Shown: in pieces, positions 10,176 through 20,015 of the stretch
Layout: each line of letters begins with the position of its first letter
How positions within the stretch are numbered: the first letter of the stretch is position 1
Assembly: GCA_965228855.1 (NCBI GenBank)
Contig: CBDDIJ010000003.1
Coordinates: 2,048,001 to 2,112,000, forward strand
DNA length: 64,000 nucleotides
Source: Candidatus Obscuribacterales bacterium
GTDB taxonomy: Bacteria > Cyanobacteriota > Vampirovibrionia > Obscuribacterales > Obscuribacteraceae
Direction: 5' to 3'
Notes under the pieces: model-generated
Told to the model about the DNA's origin: nothing
Databases searched by the model: none
What the model saw: only the letters and a program-made list of their open reading frames with translations
Program-made: the position numbers and the translations under genes

Positions 10176-12371
10176 ATGAGTGACAAGAGGTCGGTGAGCG
10201 ATCTTGACGTAAAGCCGTTCACATCAACTCCACCTATTAGATCCAAACTCTTTGGATTGAAACAGCTAATTTTCTCTGCTGTGGTTATCCTGGCATTGCC
10301 GTTTACCGCTGATTGCGCGCACGCACTTTCTTCTGCAGAAACGAGCAAACTATCTGGTGTTGAGAAAGCGGTTTTCTTTAAAACATATGCCGAGGAAGAC
10401 GCGGAGAAACGTGTTGAGCGGCTTGAGAAGCGCTACTTCGGAGACCCACAACAAGGTGATTTATCGGAACGCCTGCAACGGATCTTCGAGCTGGCCGGAC
10501 CGGCCGCAACAGCGGAGCCCGCTCCAACAGCCGAAACGCCTCGCGGCAAGCCGGAAGCCAAAGCCCCGAAGAACAAATACCCCGGCGCCCAGTACCCGAA
10601 AAATGGTCCCAAAGAATCAGATATGGCCTGGGAAAAAGCATCGATGGCGGCCACAAAAGCAAGCGATCAGAATGTTCAGGAACTGTTGAAAGAGGCTCTG
10701 CGACTGTCTAAACGCAAAGAGACGGAACAGGCTATCGAGAAATACAATCAAGTGCTGCGGTTCGATCCACAAAATGCATTGGCCTATTTCAGTTTAGGCG
10801 TAATCTTCGAATCGAAAGGCGACATCGGACAAGCGCTTGAACACTATAAAAAAGCACATGACATAAATCCGGACAGATTGGATTACAAGAATGCGATCGT
10901 CGAACTCGAATCGAAAGGTGCTCAGGTAAACGCCAGCCAGTCTAAACAAGCAGAAACCAATGAACTCGCGAGGCAGGCTGCTGAAGCCTTTAAACGCAAA
11001 GAATATCAAAGCGCCCTCGGAATGTATAAACAGCTGGAAACACAATTTCCAAAAAATGCTCCGTACAAATACAACATCGGCACGATTTATCTGTTGATGA
11101 GAAATCCGATACAGGCGCTTGAATACTACGAAATGGCGCGGAAGCTAAATCCCAAGGAAGAACGCTACGTCGCGGCATGCGATAAGTTAAAAGCCACCGT
11201 CAAAGCAGACGAAGAGAAAAGAAAAGAAATCGACGCGCAATGGGACGCAAAGGAAAAGGCAGACCGACAGCGCGAAGCCCAGCAACAAAAGGCAGCCGGG
11301 CAACAACAAAAAGGCAAAGCAAACAAAGGCGGAAAAACCGCGAAAGCTCCACATGGCGTAATGCCGACGCAGCAACGACCACCGATGCAGCCCGGCTTTC
11401 AACAACAGGGTTACCCTCAACAAGCGGGCGGCGTTCCACAAAATCGACCACCTGTGCAATCATCCGGAGGATACCCACAACAAGGCTATCCGCAACAAAA
11501 CCAGATGCCGCCTGGCTTCAGCAATCAGCAAGCACAGGGATACAACCAGGTGCCGCCTAATTACGGACAGATGCAGCCGCAAGGTTACGGTCAACCTCAA
11601 ATGCAGCAGGGCTACGGACAACCCATGCAGCAAGCCGGTTTTCAGCAACAAGGCTATCCTCAACAGCAGCAGGGCTATCCTCAACAACAAGCGCCGCAAT
11701 ACAATCCGATGCAACAACAGGGATACGCTCAGCAACCGGGTTTCAATCAACAGCAGGGATACCAGCAAGTGCCGCAGCAAGGCTACGGACAGCCGATGCA
11801 ACAAGGATACCCACAACAGCAAACAGGCTATCCGCAGCAGGGTTACGGTCAACAGCAGCAACAGCCGGGTTATGGACAGCCGATGCAGCAGCCCGGGTTC
11901 AACCAACAGCAATACAATCCGCAAATGCAACAGCAGTATCAACAACAGATGCGACCGCCGGGTCAACAGGGCTATCAACCCAACCAGACAAATCAAACAG
12001 CCTACAATCCCGGTCAAACGAGCATCAGCGGTCTCACTCAGCCGAGTTACGGCGCACCGAATACGGCGGCACAACCACAGGCGGTGCCAAACATGGTCAA
12101 CGGCGCACCAACCGGCACCGGTCCAGATCCGCTCGCAAATCTGGGCATCATAGGCATTTCGTCGCCTAAAGGCGTCTCCGTCACCACCATTGGTATCGGT
12201 TCTCGCGCGGCAAAAGGCAAGATTGCAAAAGGTGATTTAATTGTTGGGGTCGATGGCATTACGGTCACGACAATTCAGCAAATAAAATCGGTGCTTGTGA
12301 AAAAGCAACCCGGCGAGAGCGCCCAATTCATCATCGACCGCAAAGGCAAAATTCAAAATCTGGCGATTTGA
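10176..12371 (+). CDS. Exported TPR-repeat protein with Q/G/Y-rich region and C-terminal PDZ domain
   Basis: Signal-like [20 protein letters not shown]; TPRs ([34 protein letters not shown]...ALEYYEMA); PDZ ([20 protein letters not shown]). Start uncertain: TTG 10143 or ATG 10176. Confidence 0.85.
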   Translation: MSDKRSVSDLDVKPFTSTPPIRSKLFGLKQLIFSAVVILALPFTADCAHALSSAETSKLSGVEKAVFFKTYAEEDAEKRVERLEKRYFGDPQQGDLSERLQRIFELAGPAATAEPAPTAETPRGKPEAKAPKNKYPGAQYPKNGPKESDMAWEKASMAATKASDQNVQELLKEALRLSKRKETEQAIEKYNQVLRFDPQNALAYFSLGVIFESKGDIGQALEHYKKAHDINPDRLDYKNAIVELESKGAQVNASQSKQAETNELARQAAEAFKRKEYQSALGMYKQLETQFPKNAPYKYNIGTIYLLMRNPIQALEYYEMARKLNPKEERYVAACDKLKATVKADEEKRKEIDAQWDAKEKADRQREAQQQKAAGQQQKGKANKGGKTAKAPHGVMPTQQRPPMQPGFQQQGYPQQAGGVPQNRPPVQSSGGYPQQGYPQQNQMPPGFSNQQAQGYNQVPPNYGQMQPQGYGQPQMQQGYGQPMQQAGFQQQGYPQQQQGYPQQQAPQYNPMQQQGYAQQPGFNQQQGYQQVPQQGYGQPMQQGYPQQQTGYPQQGYGQQQQQPGYGQPMQQPGFNQQQYNPQMQQQYQQQMRPPGQQGYQPNQTNQTAYNPGQTSISGLTQPSYGAPNTAAQPQAVPNMVNGAPTGTGPDPLANLGIIGISSPKGVSVTTIGIGSRAAKGKIAKGDLIVGVDGITVTTIQQIKSVLVKKQPGESAQFIIDRKGKIQNLAI

Positions 12372-12385
12372 CGCATAGCCATATT

Positions 12386-13042
12386 TCACATTTTGTCGGA
12401 TTCTTTTGACCACTCAATGCTGGCCATAGCCTGCCGGGCGTCAGGCAAATGCTTTGAAAAATGCGGCTCCTGACCTTCGAAATAAACTTCCTGAATCTCA
12501 CGGCTACTGGCGTCCTTGGGTACATATAGACCGTGAAATTTTTTGCCGCCTTCCCGCCACTCACCATCTACTGACAAAACAGTTTTACCGTTGACTCGAA
12601 TTGTTTCAGCCGCATTTATTTGAAATGCGGAACTGTCACCGACATTGCCCAGCACCTGAGCATTGAGCGTTGCGATCTCCGCCGGCTCCAGTTTATGCGG
12701 TGCTTTATCGAGAATGGCTTGAAACTGCTGCGCCTCGCTACTTGCAATCGGAAAACCGCGATCGTAGAGCGCAAGTTCCGCCCCCTGTCCATCAGGAGGA
12801 AGGAATGATAAGCTTTTCGCCACTTCACCGAAGTTGGAATCACGAGCCTCTTTTCTCCACTCACGAGGAACGAGCAAGTTATCAATCGGTTCCATTCCGG
12901 CCATCGAACTTTCACGCTTATGCCCACTGCTACGCGGCAAATCGAAATCGTGAGCAAAAACATCAAGCGGCAGTTCCGAATAGGACTGCGCTTGCCTCTC
13001 ATTTTTATCAAGTCGAAAAATCGGCTCTCTCAGGTCGTCCAA
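12386..13042 (-). CDS. Hypothetical protein, possibly PsbP/Mog1/DcrB-like fold
   Basis: AGGAG RBS before the TTG start. The C-terminal pattern ETIRVNGKTVLSVDGEW...EVYFEG...FSKHLPDARQAMASIEW resembles PsbP-like proteins; the fold call is tentative. Confidence 0.6.
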   Translation of the reverse strand: MDDLREPIFRLDKNERQAQSYSELPLDVFAHDFDLPRSSGHKRESSMAGMEPIDNLLVPREWRKEARDSNFGEVAKSLSFLPPDGQGAELALYDRGFPIASSEAQQFQAILDKAPHKLEPAEIATLNAQVLGNVGDSSAFQINAAETIRVNGKTVLSVDGEWREGGKKFHGLYVPKDASSREIQEVYFEGQEPHFSKHLPDARQAMASIEWSKESDKM

Positions 13043-13081
13043 GGCTTTTATTCTCCTAAATGAATCAGTATTCGGATCTCA

Positions 13082-15865
13082 TTAGCGTCGATACCACACG
13101 AAAGTGCTACCGTCTCCACTGCTCGTGGAACTCATCACTTCATACAAATCGTTCAACGTGATGAAAACCGTTTTGTTCAAATCCTTGCCCTGAGCGGCAG
13201 CCTCAGCTTTGGTTTGAACGTCGTAGAGCGGATTCCAGGAATTGTCGACCGACACTGTTTTTGAAGCGGCATCATATCCGGTGACCAGGAACAAGTGCTC
13301 GCCACCAGCTGGTTTTGCTACCGCATTCGGATCTTTACCTTCATTTAGTGCCACCTGCTGTCGGTAGCGATACTCCAGAACTCCAGTATTTCCCTGGGTT
13401 ATCTTCGGAAGATCATTTTTGAGAAGCATCGCTTCTAATTCCTGAACCGATTTTTGCTTAGCCCCAACCAGATCTTTGAACGTGGTCTCATTATCAACCC
13501 AACGATTCTGATGCACCAGAAATCTATCAGTCAACTTATCGCCGGTCATTTGATTCCAGATGTCGGCTATTCGAGAAGGAAATCCTACTCGCGGGCTATC
13601 GTAAGGGTTAGCGGTACCATTTTTGCTGCTATAGAGAACCAACTGAGAGCCATCACTATTGGTGCGAATCAGGCGAGCACCACTATCGCTTCTACCGGTT
13701 GGCGCAACTTCTTCGTAACACATAGCACCCTTACTGCAGACGGAACCCAGCGGGTCCTTGGTATCGCGCTGCATCGAAATATTCACCGCGCACACATCCC
13801 ACAATTTCCCAAGCGCGCTGCGGCTTCCCGGCTTGGGAGGGAAAGTTTCCTCCGGGCTACCCGGGCGAACTCGCACAGATTCGAGCTTAGGTTTGATCGT
13901 GGTTCCATCAAGAGTTTCAAACTGTCCATCGTTGGCGAAATCAGCCGCAAGCTTTGCCACCACTGACGGTTTTTCCTTGAGAGCAATTCCCCTCAATGCG
14001 GTGACGCTGCAGGTGCTGTTGCTGCCCTGATCGTTGCGTCTATCATTGGCAATGTGCCAGAAAAGCTGGTCGGCATAATTAGCCTTCTCCGCAGAAGTCA
14101 TAACCGAATCGGTTCGACCATGCAATAAGCGATCTGCTTCCTTGAAGACCTTGTCTTTCTCCGTTGAAGAAAACTTACTCATCTCTCGAAACTTTGTGAC
14201 ATTGTCAATCAAGCGAATCTTTTGAAACGCATCCAGGTCATTGTGAGTGTATATATCCGCCTCAAACTTCTCGAGCTTTGCATAAGGCTTAGCGCTGTCG
14301 ATTGCACTATCGGAAAAACTTCCGTCTGCTGCACGAGTAAGTTTCAGATTCTTATTTACATGTCGTATCTCGCTTGTCGAGCCATCCGCAGCATATTCAA
14401 TCTGGACGTCGTCGTCACCGACTTTGACGCGGGTGATCTTTCCTGATTCCTTTTCGACCAGGGTTTTATCCTTGAGATTCTCCTTCTCATAGTGACCGCT
14501 AAGCGTCCTGACGGCGCGCTCTCCACCATCGACATCCTTATAAGAGTATGTTCCGTCCCTTTTGACTTCGACTTCGGTATTCCATTTTGCACCACTCGAG
14601 GATGTGTATTCAGTAGGTCCGGTCTTCTTCCAGATCGTCTCGGCGCCGTCCTTTTCCGCTATCTTTATCTCTTCCGGTTGTTTGAGAACATCTTTGTCAG
14701 TTCCGAAAGTCTCTTTGAATTTGAAGCTGAACTTAGTTTTGTCCGGATAAGGAACTTCTACAGACATAGAACCATCGGGCTTGTAAGACTCGTTGATGCC
14801 GTTGGCACGCGATTCGTCACGCAAGCCTTGTTCCGCACCGCTCAGAGTCGTTCGCGAGAAAACTCCGGTTTTCCCGTCGATTTCAACCTTCCCATGCCAA
14901 CCTGCGGCAGTGTTTGGACTGTTAGCCCAGATGTTATCCCCGACCTGGTACCAATCCGCGTTAGTTCTGACGCTGTGGAAGCTCTTAATCTTGTCGCCAT
15001 CCCAAACAATGTTTTTTAACCGACCGGCGAGTTCCGATGGATGATTGGCTTTGAAGGCATCGTCATCCGGATAAATGGACCTGCCACCATCAGTGGTTTC
15101 GCGGAGAACCTGCCCTCCGTCCACGGTTATTTTTACACTGCCGTCGAGTTGAGCTTCGACACCCGTTATTTTTTTGCCGGGCAAGTCTGAGTGCTCGCCG
15201 ATAGTGGCGCCGGTTTTGTCTTTGGCTTGCCAATCTCCGGATGCGGTGCGCTCGTATGTCCATCTGCCGTCAGCACTTACGACCGGCACCACTTTTGGTG
15301 GCGGGGCTATCTCGACGCTCTGAGCGGGCGGCGCCTCTTCCTTCTTTTCCTTCTCAGCGTTTTCCTTATCAATCCTGGCAGCAGGACTAGGTTTTGCAAC
15401 CGTAGCGTCGGCCACACGAAGCTGATCGATGGGGTCTAAGTATGATAATTCACTTTTTCCGAAATGCGATTTATAACTTTCCTTTTGAGGCGCAGAGCCG
15501 TTCTTCGATTTCGGATTGAGCCCAACAACGTCTAGAACCGGAAGCTTAGTGCCGTTCTTCTGAGCGCCGGATACATCGCCTGCGTCTAGAAGCGGCGCCG
15601 ACATACTGGCGCGCAAAGTTTCGGCGAGCGGAAAGTTTTTCACACCACTGATGAAATCAAAGAGGCTTGCAGACGGAAATCCAGCCGGTAGTGCAGAGCC
15701 CCGCCCGTCGGTCAACGTGGTCGGTTTTGTATCAAGTGAAGAAGGTGTCGGCGTAAACTCAGAACCCATCTCATCAAGCAGGTCCCGAACAAATACTTTG
15801 TGCACGCCATCATCCGCAGCAGAAGGCTTAGCGCCTTGCTGCGCGGTATCCAGTGGTTTTGCCAT
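13082..15865 (-). CDS. Large hypothetical protein with beta-rich middle region and C-terminal papain-like (clan CA) cysteine peptidase domain
   Basis: 927-aa ORF. DQGSNSTC, EHLFLVTGYD and VDNSW occur in papain order. Confidence 0.7.
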   Translation of the reverse strand: MAKPLDTAQQGAKPSAADDGVHKVFVRDLLDEMGSEFTPTPSSLDTKPTTLTDGRGSALPAGFPSASLFDFISGVKNFPLAETLRASMSAPLLDAGDVSGAQKNGTKLPVLDVVGLNPKSKNGSAPQKESYKSHFGKSELSYLDPIDQLRVADATVAKPSPAARIDKENAEKEKKEEAPPAQSVEIAPPPKVVPVVSADGRWTYERTASGDWQAKDKTGATIGEHSDLPGKKITGVEAQLDGSVKITVDGGQVLRETTDGGRSIYPDDDAFKANHPSELAGRLKNIVWDGDKIKSFHSVRTNADWYQVGDNIWANSPNTAAGWHGKVEIDGKTGVFSRTTLSGAEQGLRDESRANGINESYKPDGSMSVEVPYPDKTKFSFKFKETFGTDKDVLKQPEEIKIAEKDGAETIWKKTGPTEYTSSSGAKWNTEVEVKRDGTYSYKDVDGGERAVRTLSGHYEKENLKDKTLVEKESGKITRVKVGDDDVQIEYAADGSTSEIRHVNKNLKLTRAADGSFSDSAIDSAKPYAKLEKFEADIYTHNDLDAFQKIRLIDNVTKFREMSKFSSTEKDKVFKEADRLLHGRTDSVMTSAEKANYADQLFWHIANDRRNDQGSNSTCSVTALRGIALKEKPSVVAKLAADFANDGQFETLDGTTIKPKLESVRVRPGSPEETFPPKPGSRSALGKLWDVCAVNISMQRDTKDPLGSVCSKGAMCYEEVAPTGRSDSGARLIRTNSDGSQLVLYSSKNGTANPYDSPRVGFPSRIADIWNQMTGDKLTDRFLVHQNRWVDNETTFKDLVGAKQKSVQELEAMLLKNDLPKITQGNTGVLEYRYRQQVALNEGKDPNAVAKPAGGEHLFLVTGYDAASKTVSVDNSWNPLYDVQTKAEAAAQGKDLNKTVFITLNDLYEVMSSTSSGDGSTFVWYRR

Positions 15866-15961
15866 TCGATTATTCGACGCCAGGGAAAGGGGTGTTGTCG
15901 CACCTCTAATCTAATGACAAGTTGTGAACAAAGTGTGTACTTTTCGAGGGAGATCTACGAT

Positions 15962-16261
15962 TTAAAGTACGAACATCCACATGGCGAAAGTCAGAATACC
16001 GAACAACCCGCCGATGAGAAGACCGTCGCGGACGTTATTCGGATTGTTGAGCCGGTGCTCGAAAAGAATCACAAGTATCGAGAAGATCAAAAAATCTTTG
16101 GTCGCCAAAATACCGGCGGTCGTGAATTCCCTAGGTGGCAGTTCGAGGTAACTGCGCATAAGCACAGTGATGCCGTTGAAGCCGAGGCTAAGAATCAAGC
16201 CAAAAACAATCGCCTCGGGAAGCGTTGCTCGTCTTCGCTTCTTCTCCTGCTCTTTTTCCAT
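15962..16261 (-). CDS. Small membrane protein (about 3 TM)
   Basis: GGAGG RBS. Three hydrophobic segments follow a basic N-terminus. Confidence 0.75.
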   Translation of the reverse strand: MEKEQEKKRRRATLPEAIVFGLILSLGFNGITVLMRSYLELPPREFTTAGILATKDFLIFSILVILFEHRLNNPNNVRDGLLIGGLFGILTFAMWMFVL

Positions 16262-16299
16262 CGCCTCCGCGCTACCCTGCGCTTTTAACGTAGCCTCGC

Positions 16300-16318
16300 C
16301 TTTGTCACACTGACAAAG
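16300..16318. other. Inverted repeat just downstream of mqnE (stem-loop or operator)
   Basis: CTTTGTCA-cac-TGACAAAG, a perfect 8-bp stem with no clear U-tract. Confidence 0.4.
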
Positions 16319-16324
16319 CGACGT

Positions 16325-17509
16325 CTACCGAGAAGCTGCAAGCAGCGAATTCACTTTATCCTCGAGTGATTTCTCGTTGGTCTCAGGAGCGTCTACGACA
16401 CGTTTGATGTTGTATACGGTATCGCGTTCTACAGGCGTATAGCCGGCTTTGCCGATGAGCTCTTCCATACGCTCCTTAGCCAGCTGCAGCGGTGTCTTGG
16501 CACCTGCAGCATGAGTGATTTTCTCTTCCAGAATGGTACCGTCCAGATCGTCGGCACCAAATGAAAGCGCTACCTGGGCAAGGTCTTCGCCAAGTTGGAT
16601 CCAATAAGCCTTGATGTGGGGGAAATTATCGAGAACCAATCGGCTGATGGCGATATCGCGAAGAAGGTCATCATGACTGGGCTCTCGAACCTCATCCTTG
16701 ATGTTGGTGCCTTCGTAGTAGCACTTCAATGGAATGAAGCACATGAAGCCTTTCGACTTATCTTGCTGTTCGCGGAGCAACAGCATGTGATCGACTTTGT
16801 TCTCGACTACTTCGCCGATACCGGTGAGCATCGTCGCCGTGGTATTCAATCCCATGCCATGAGCGATTCCATGAATCTCCAGCCAGGTGTGCGCGGGAGT
16901 TTTCTTCACGTCCATTTTGGCACGAACGCTCTCGTCAAAAATCTCTGCGCCCCCGCCAGGCATGCTGTCGAGACCAGCCTTATGCAACCGTTCCAACGTT
17001 TCCGCGTAAGTAATTCCTTCCAGATTGGACAGATATTCGATCTCAACGGCTGTCATCGCCTTCAGATGAATGTGGGGAAATTCTTTTTTAATTGCGGCGA
17101 GAACTTCCTCATAATAATTCAAATCGCAAATAGGGTTTAAACCGCCTACCATGTGGATTTCATTGATGCCGAGTTCGACACCGCCGCGCGCCGCATCGAG
17201 CACCTGATCGACTGTCCATGAATAAGCATTATTACCAGGATTGGCGTAGGAACAGAATCGGCACGTCTCGACACAGAAGTTGGTCGGGTTCAAATGCATG
17301 TTGTGAATGTAGTACACGTAACGCTCTTTCCCTTCACCGGCAGCGCGTTTTCTTGCAAATTCGCCGAGCATTCCAACCGCGAGCAGATCATCATGATTGT
17401 AGAGACGAATAGCGTCTTCTCTCGTCAAACGAACGCCATCAACGACCTTTTGCGCGATGTCGGCGATTGCACTTTGAGCGCCAATCTGTTCCAGAATACC
17501 GGTTGCCAT
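16325..17509 (-). CDS. mqnE: Aminofutalosine synthase MqnE (radical SAM, futalosine menaquinone pathway)
   Basis: CVETCRFC, EIHMVGG, AMTAVEI, SMPGGGAEIF, LLLREQQD, HIKAYW (MqnE-type rather than MqnC-type), EKITHAAGA. Confidence 0.9.
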   Translation of the reverse strand: MATGILEQIGAQSAIADIAQKVVDGVRLTREDAIRLYNHDDLLAVGMLGEFARKRAAGEGKERYVYYIHNMHLNPTNFCVETCRFCSYANPGNNAYSWTVDQVLDAARGGVELGINEIHMVGGLNPICDLNYYEEVLAAIKKEFPHIHLKAMTAVEIEYLSNLEGITYAETLERLHKAGLDSMPGGGAEIFDESVRAKMDVKKTPAHTWLEIHGIAHGMGLNTTATMLTGIGEVVENKVDHMLLLREQQDKSKGFMCFIPLKCYYEGTNIKDEVREPSHDDLLRDIAISRLVLDNFPHIKAYWIQLGEDLAQVALSFGADDLDGTILEEKITHAAGAKTPLQLAKERMEELIGKAGYTPVERDTVYNIKRVVDAPETNEKSLEDKVNSLLAASR

Positions 17510-17579
17510 TTGTAAATCCTCAACGTTTTCAATCTTGGAAAGTGCCTAGATCGTAACACGCATCGGGGTATCAGTTCCT

Positions 17580-18416
17580 TTAAGCCTGCAAGTTTTTCTC
17601 CGCCTCTAATGGCGGAACAGCCTGTGCGAGCGACCATTCGAAGGAAACAGAATTGACCTTAACACCGTAAATCAAATATCCAAGCGCCATAAGCACGGAA
17701 ACGAGGTCCCAGGCGGGCAATCCAGCACAGAGCAACTTCTGGCATGTGTCAATTATTAAGGCAGGCGTCATGGCAACTATTGAAACCCTGACCAGTTGCG
17801 GATACGTGAGCCGCCTCTTTGCAAACATTGCAATAACCTTGCCCACCAGACCGAAAAGAAGCGCCTGCAGGGCACAGAGAATGAAGGACGAAATCCAAAA
17901 AACGCCCAGGACGACCACTCCGCTCCAGGTCGCGATAGCGTCAAGAATTTTGGGATGATAGGTCCACTCCCATGTCTGGTCCTTATCCTTCTCGAAATCG
18001 TAAATTTGTTCCTTTCCTTTCAGGTGAAACAGAACGCGCCGCTTCTCCACAAAAATCCCGTCAATGTTTGCGGGCGCGGGAGTTGGCGAATCGGTCATGT
18101 CGAAACTGATCAGCTTCCTGCCATTGCGAGGATCGCTGATTTGAAAAACTTGATCGGGTCGATCGAGCGTGGCGATGCCATTTTTTATATCGATTCGAGG
18201 AATTTGAGAGACAACTGGTTTCAAATAATCCAGCACAAATTCGCGAACCAGAATGTGAACGTGAATCGAAGCGATAAACCAGAGCCCGAAAAGGAGACCG
18301 ATCAGGTATCGAAATCCCAATCCGCGCCAACAATGCGCGGCATCACGATAAATATCCTTCGAGTACCAACTTTTGTAGACGGCTCTCCAGGGATCGATTT
18401 TCTTGATGATTGTCAT
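17580..18416 (-). CDS. DUF1189-like membrane protein
   Basis: SWYSKDIY...GLGFRYL, one TM, IPRIDIKNG soluble loop, then three TMs with LTYPQLVRVSIVAMTP. Confidence 0.75.
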   Translation of the reverse strand: MTIIKKIDPWRAVYKSWYSKDIYRDAAHCWRGLGFRYLIGLLFGLWFIASIHVHILVREFVLDYLKPVVSQIPRIDIKNGIATLDRPDQVFQISDPRNGRKLISFDMTDSPTPAPANIDGIFVEKRRVLFHLKGKEQIYDFEKDKDQTWEWTYHPKILDAIATWSGVVVLGVFWISSFILCALQALLFGLVGKVIAMFAKRRLTYPQLVRVSIVAMTPALIIDTCQKLLCAGLPAWDLVSVLMALGYLIYGVKVNSVSFEWSLAQAVPPLEAEKNLQA

Positions 18417-18431
18417 TCATCCCGCTTGTGG

Positions 18432-19001
18432 CTAATGGTCTCGCCAGTCTTTATTCGTCAACGAAGTGAGAATATGATCGCGCCATTTGCCGTTGAGGTA
18501 AAGATAGTCACGCGCATAGCCTTCCACTTGAAAGCCCAATTTTTTCAAGACACTCGCGCTTCGCTCGTTGGTCGGAACATAGTTTGCCATAATTCGGTGC
18601 AGATTCATCTCGTCGAACGCAAAAGTAATGGCCGCACCAAGAGCCTCGGTCATATAACCGCGCCCTTGTTTGCTCTTGTCTAAGCCGTAACCGAGATAAC
18701 AGAATTGAGCCGCCTTGCGAAAAATCTGGGTAAAATTGGCGGTTCCGATTACGATATCGGTTTTCGCTTTTTCAAAAATAAACAGTCGGCAAGTCTGGTC
18801 GGTTTCAAACTCTTCGAGATTGGCGCTCAGCTGTTTCTCCCAGAATGGAACGGTGAGGTAATTCTCCGGCCAAGTGGGGCCATGGTCTTCCAAATGAAGA
18901 CGATTGGTCTCAAAATATGCCACCACCCGCGAAGCCTCTTCGGGTCGGCAGAGTTTTAAAACCAATCGCTCTGTAGTTAATTCAACATTTCGTGACTGCA
19001 A
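18432..19001 (-). CDS. rimJ: RimJ-family GNAT N-acetyltransferase
   Basis: LTTERL, CYLGYGL, QGRGYMTEAL, LHRIMANYVPTNERS, LGFQVEGYARDYL..NGKWRDH. Confidence 0.88.
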   Translation of the reverse strand: MQSRNVELTTERLVLKLCRPEEASRVVAYFETNRLHLEDHGPTWPENYLTVPFWEKQLSANLEEFETDQTCRLFIFEKAKTDIVIGTANFTQIFRKAAQFCYLGYGLDKSKQGRGYMTEALGAAITFAFDEMNLHRIMANYVPTNERSASVLKKLGFQVEGYARDYLYLNGKWRDHILTSLTNKDWRDH

Positions 19002-19049
19002 TTTGATTGCCTGCTATCAGCCTGACCGGTTCAATCTCGGGGGTTGAAC

Positions 19050-19805
19050 CTAATCGCCGAGCCAGTAGGCGTCGCGTCTTGCCGCGTTGGCGCCCATACG
19101 CTCTTCCAGTTCGTTGAGAACTTGAAGCATGGGATTACTCGAGGTTATTTGAACTTCCTCGGAAACTTCATCCGTCACATCTTCTTCGGGAGCAAAAGAG
19201 GTGGTAGGAGCAAAGTCGATCTCTTCATTCGAGCCGAACATCGGCAGTGCCGGTCTTCGCGCCGAAGTATCCTCGAGGTCGTCCAATGGATCTACTTTGA
19301 AGTGAATGCCTGAAAGCGAAACGGACTCTTCGTAAAACAAGTTATCGTCCTGACGGCTGAACGCCATGAAAGAGTCCTCGACTGCCGGCAGAGCTCCGAT
19401 TGGATTTTCGTCCGTTTCGTAGTGAACTTCTTTCAGCCTGCGGTCGAAATCGACGGCGTTGAAAGATCCTGTTTCCGTACACTCTTCGCGATTGAACCAC
19501 TTATTCACAGCCTGGCGATTCTTCGAACGAAGGTTCGACACCTCGGCGAGGTTGACCTCGCTGGTCATGCGGCGGCGAACTGCATCCATGGCAAAGGCGC
19601 CGGTAGATTCGGCTCCTTCAGCACGAGAACGCATCTGAACCAGCTTTCTGCGAGTTCTGTCGAGTTCACTGAAATCAAGCACATCATCATTCTTAGCGAG
19701 GTTGCCTTCAAATCTCTGGCTGATGCGATTCCACAAATACTTCATTTTGTCGAACACTGTTTTGATTCTCCCAGCAAGTAGAGTCATGTTCAAAAGCTCC
19801 AACAA
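19050..19805 (-). CDS. Hypothetical protein with basic N-half and acidic C-half
   Basis: 251-aa ORF filling the gap, co-oriented with its neighbours, with GGAG upstream. No recognisable motif. Confidence 0.65.
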   Translation of the reverse strand: MLELLNMTLLAGRIKTVFDKMKYLWNRISQRFEGNLAKNDDVLDFSELDRTRRKLVQMRSRAEGAESTGAFAMDAVRRRMTSEVNLAEVSNLRSKNRQAVNKWFNREECTETGSFNAVDFDRRLKEVHYETDENPIGALPAVEDSFMAFSRQDDNLFYEESVSLSGIHFKVDPLDDLEDTSARRPALPMFGSNEEIDFAPTTSFAPEEDVTDEVSEEVQITSSNPMLQVLNELEERMGANAARRDAYWLGD

Positions 19806-20015
19806 ATGACTCCGGCGCCAATCAACATCCCAACCTTAAGCGCAGCGAAGTCCGAAGTAAATGGGGATTGTACGTACTTCGGAGCCAAGAATTAATGAAC
19901 TAAACCAAAATTTAGCTTGACAACAAGCTCAACGGTTTACCGAGGGCTCTTTTGACGTCCGCGCGGTCAAGATTAAAGCTATCCTTCAGACAGAGTTTTA
20001 TAAGTATCTGTATTT

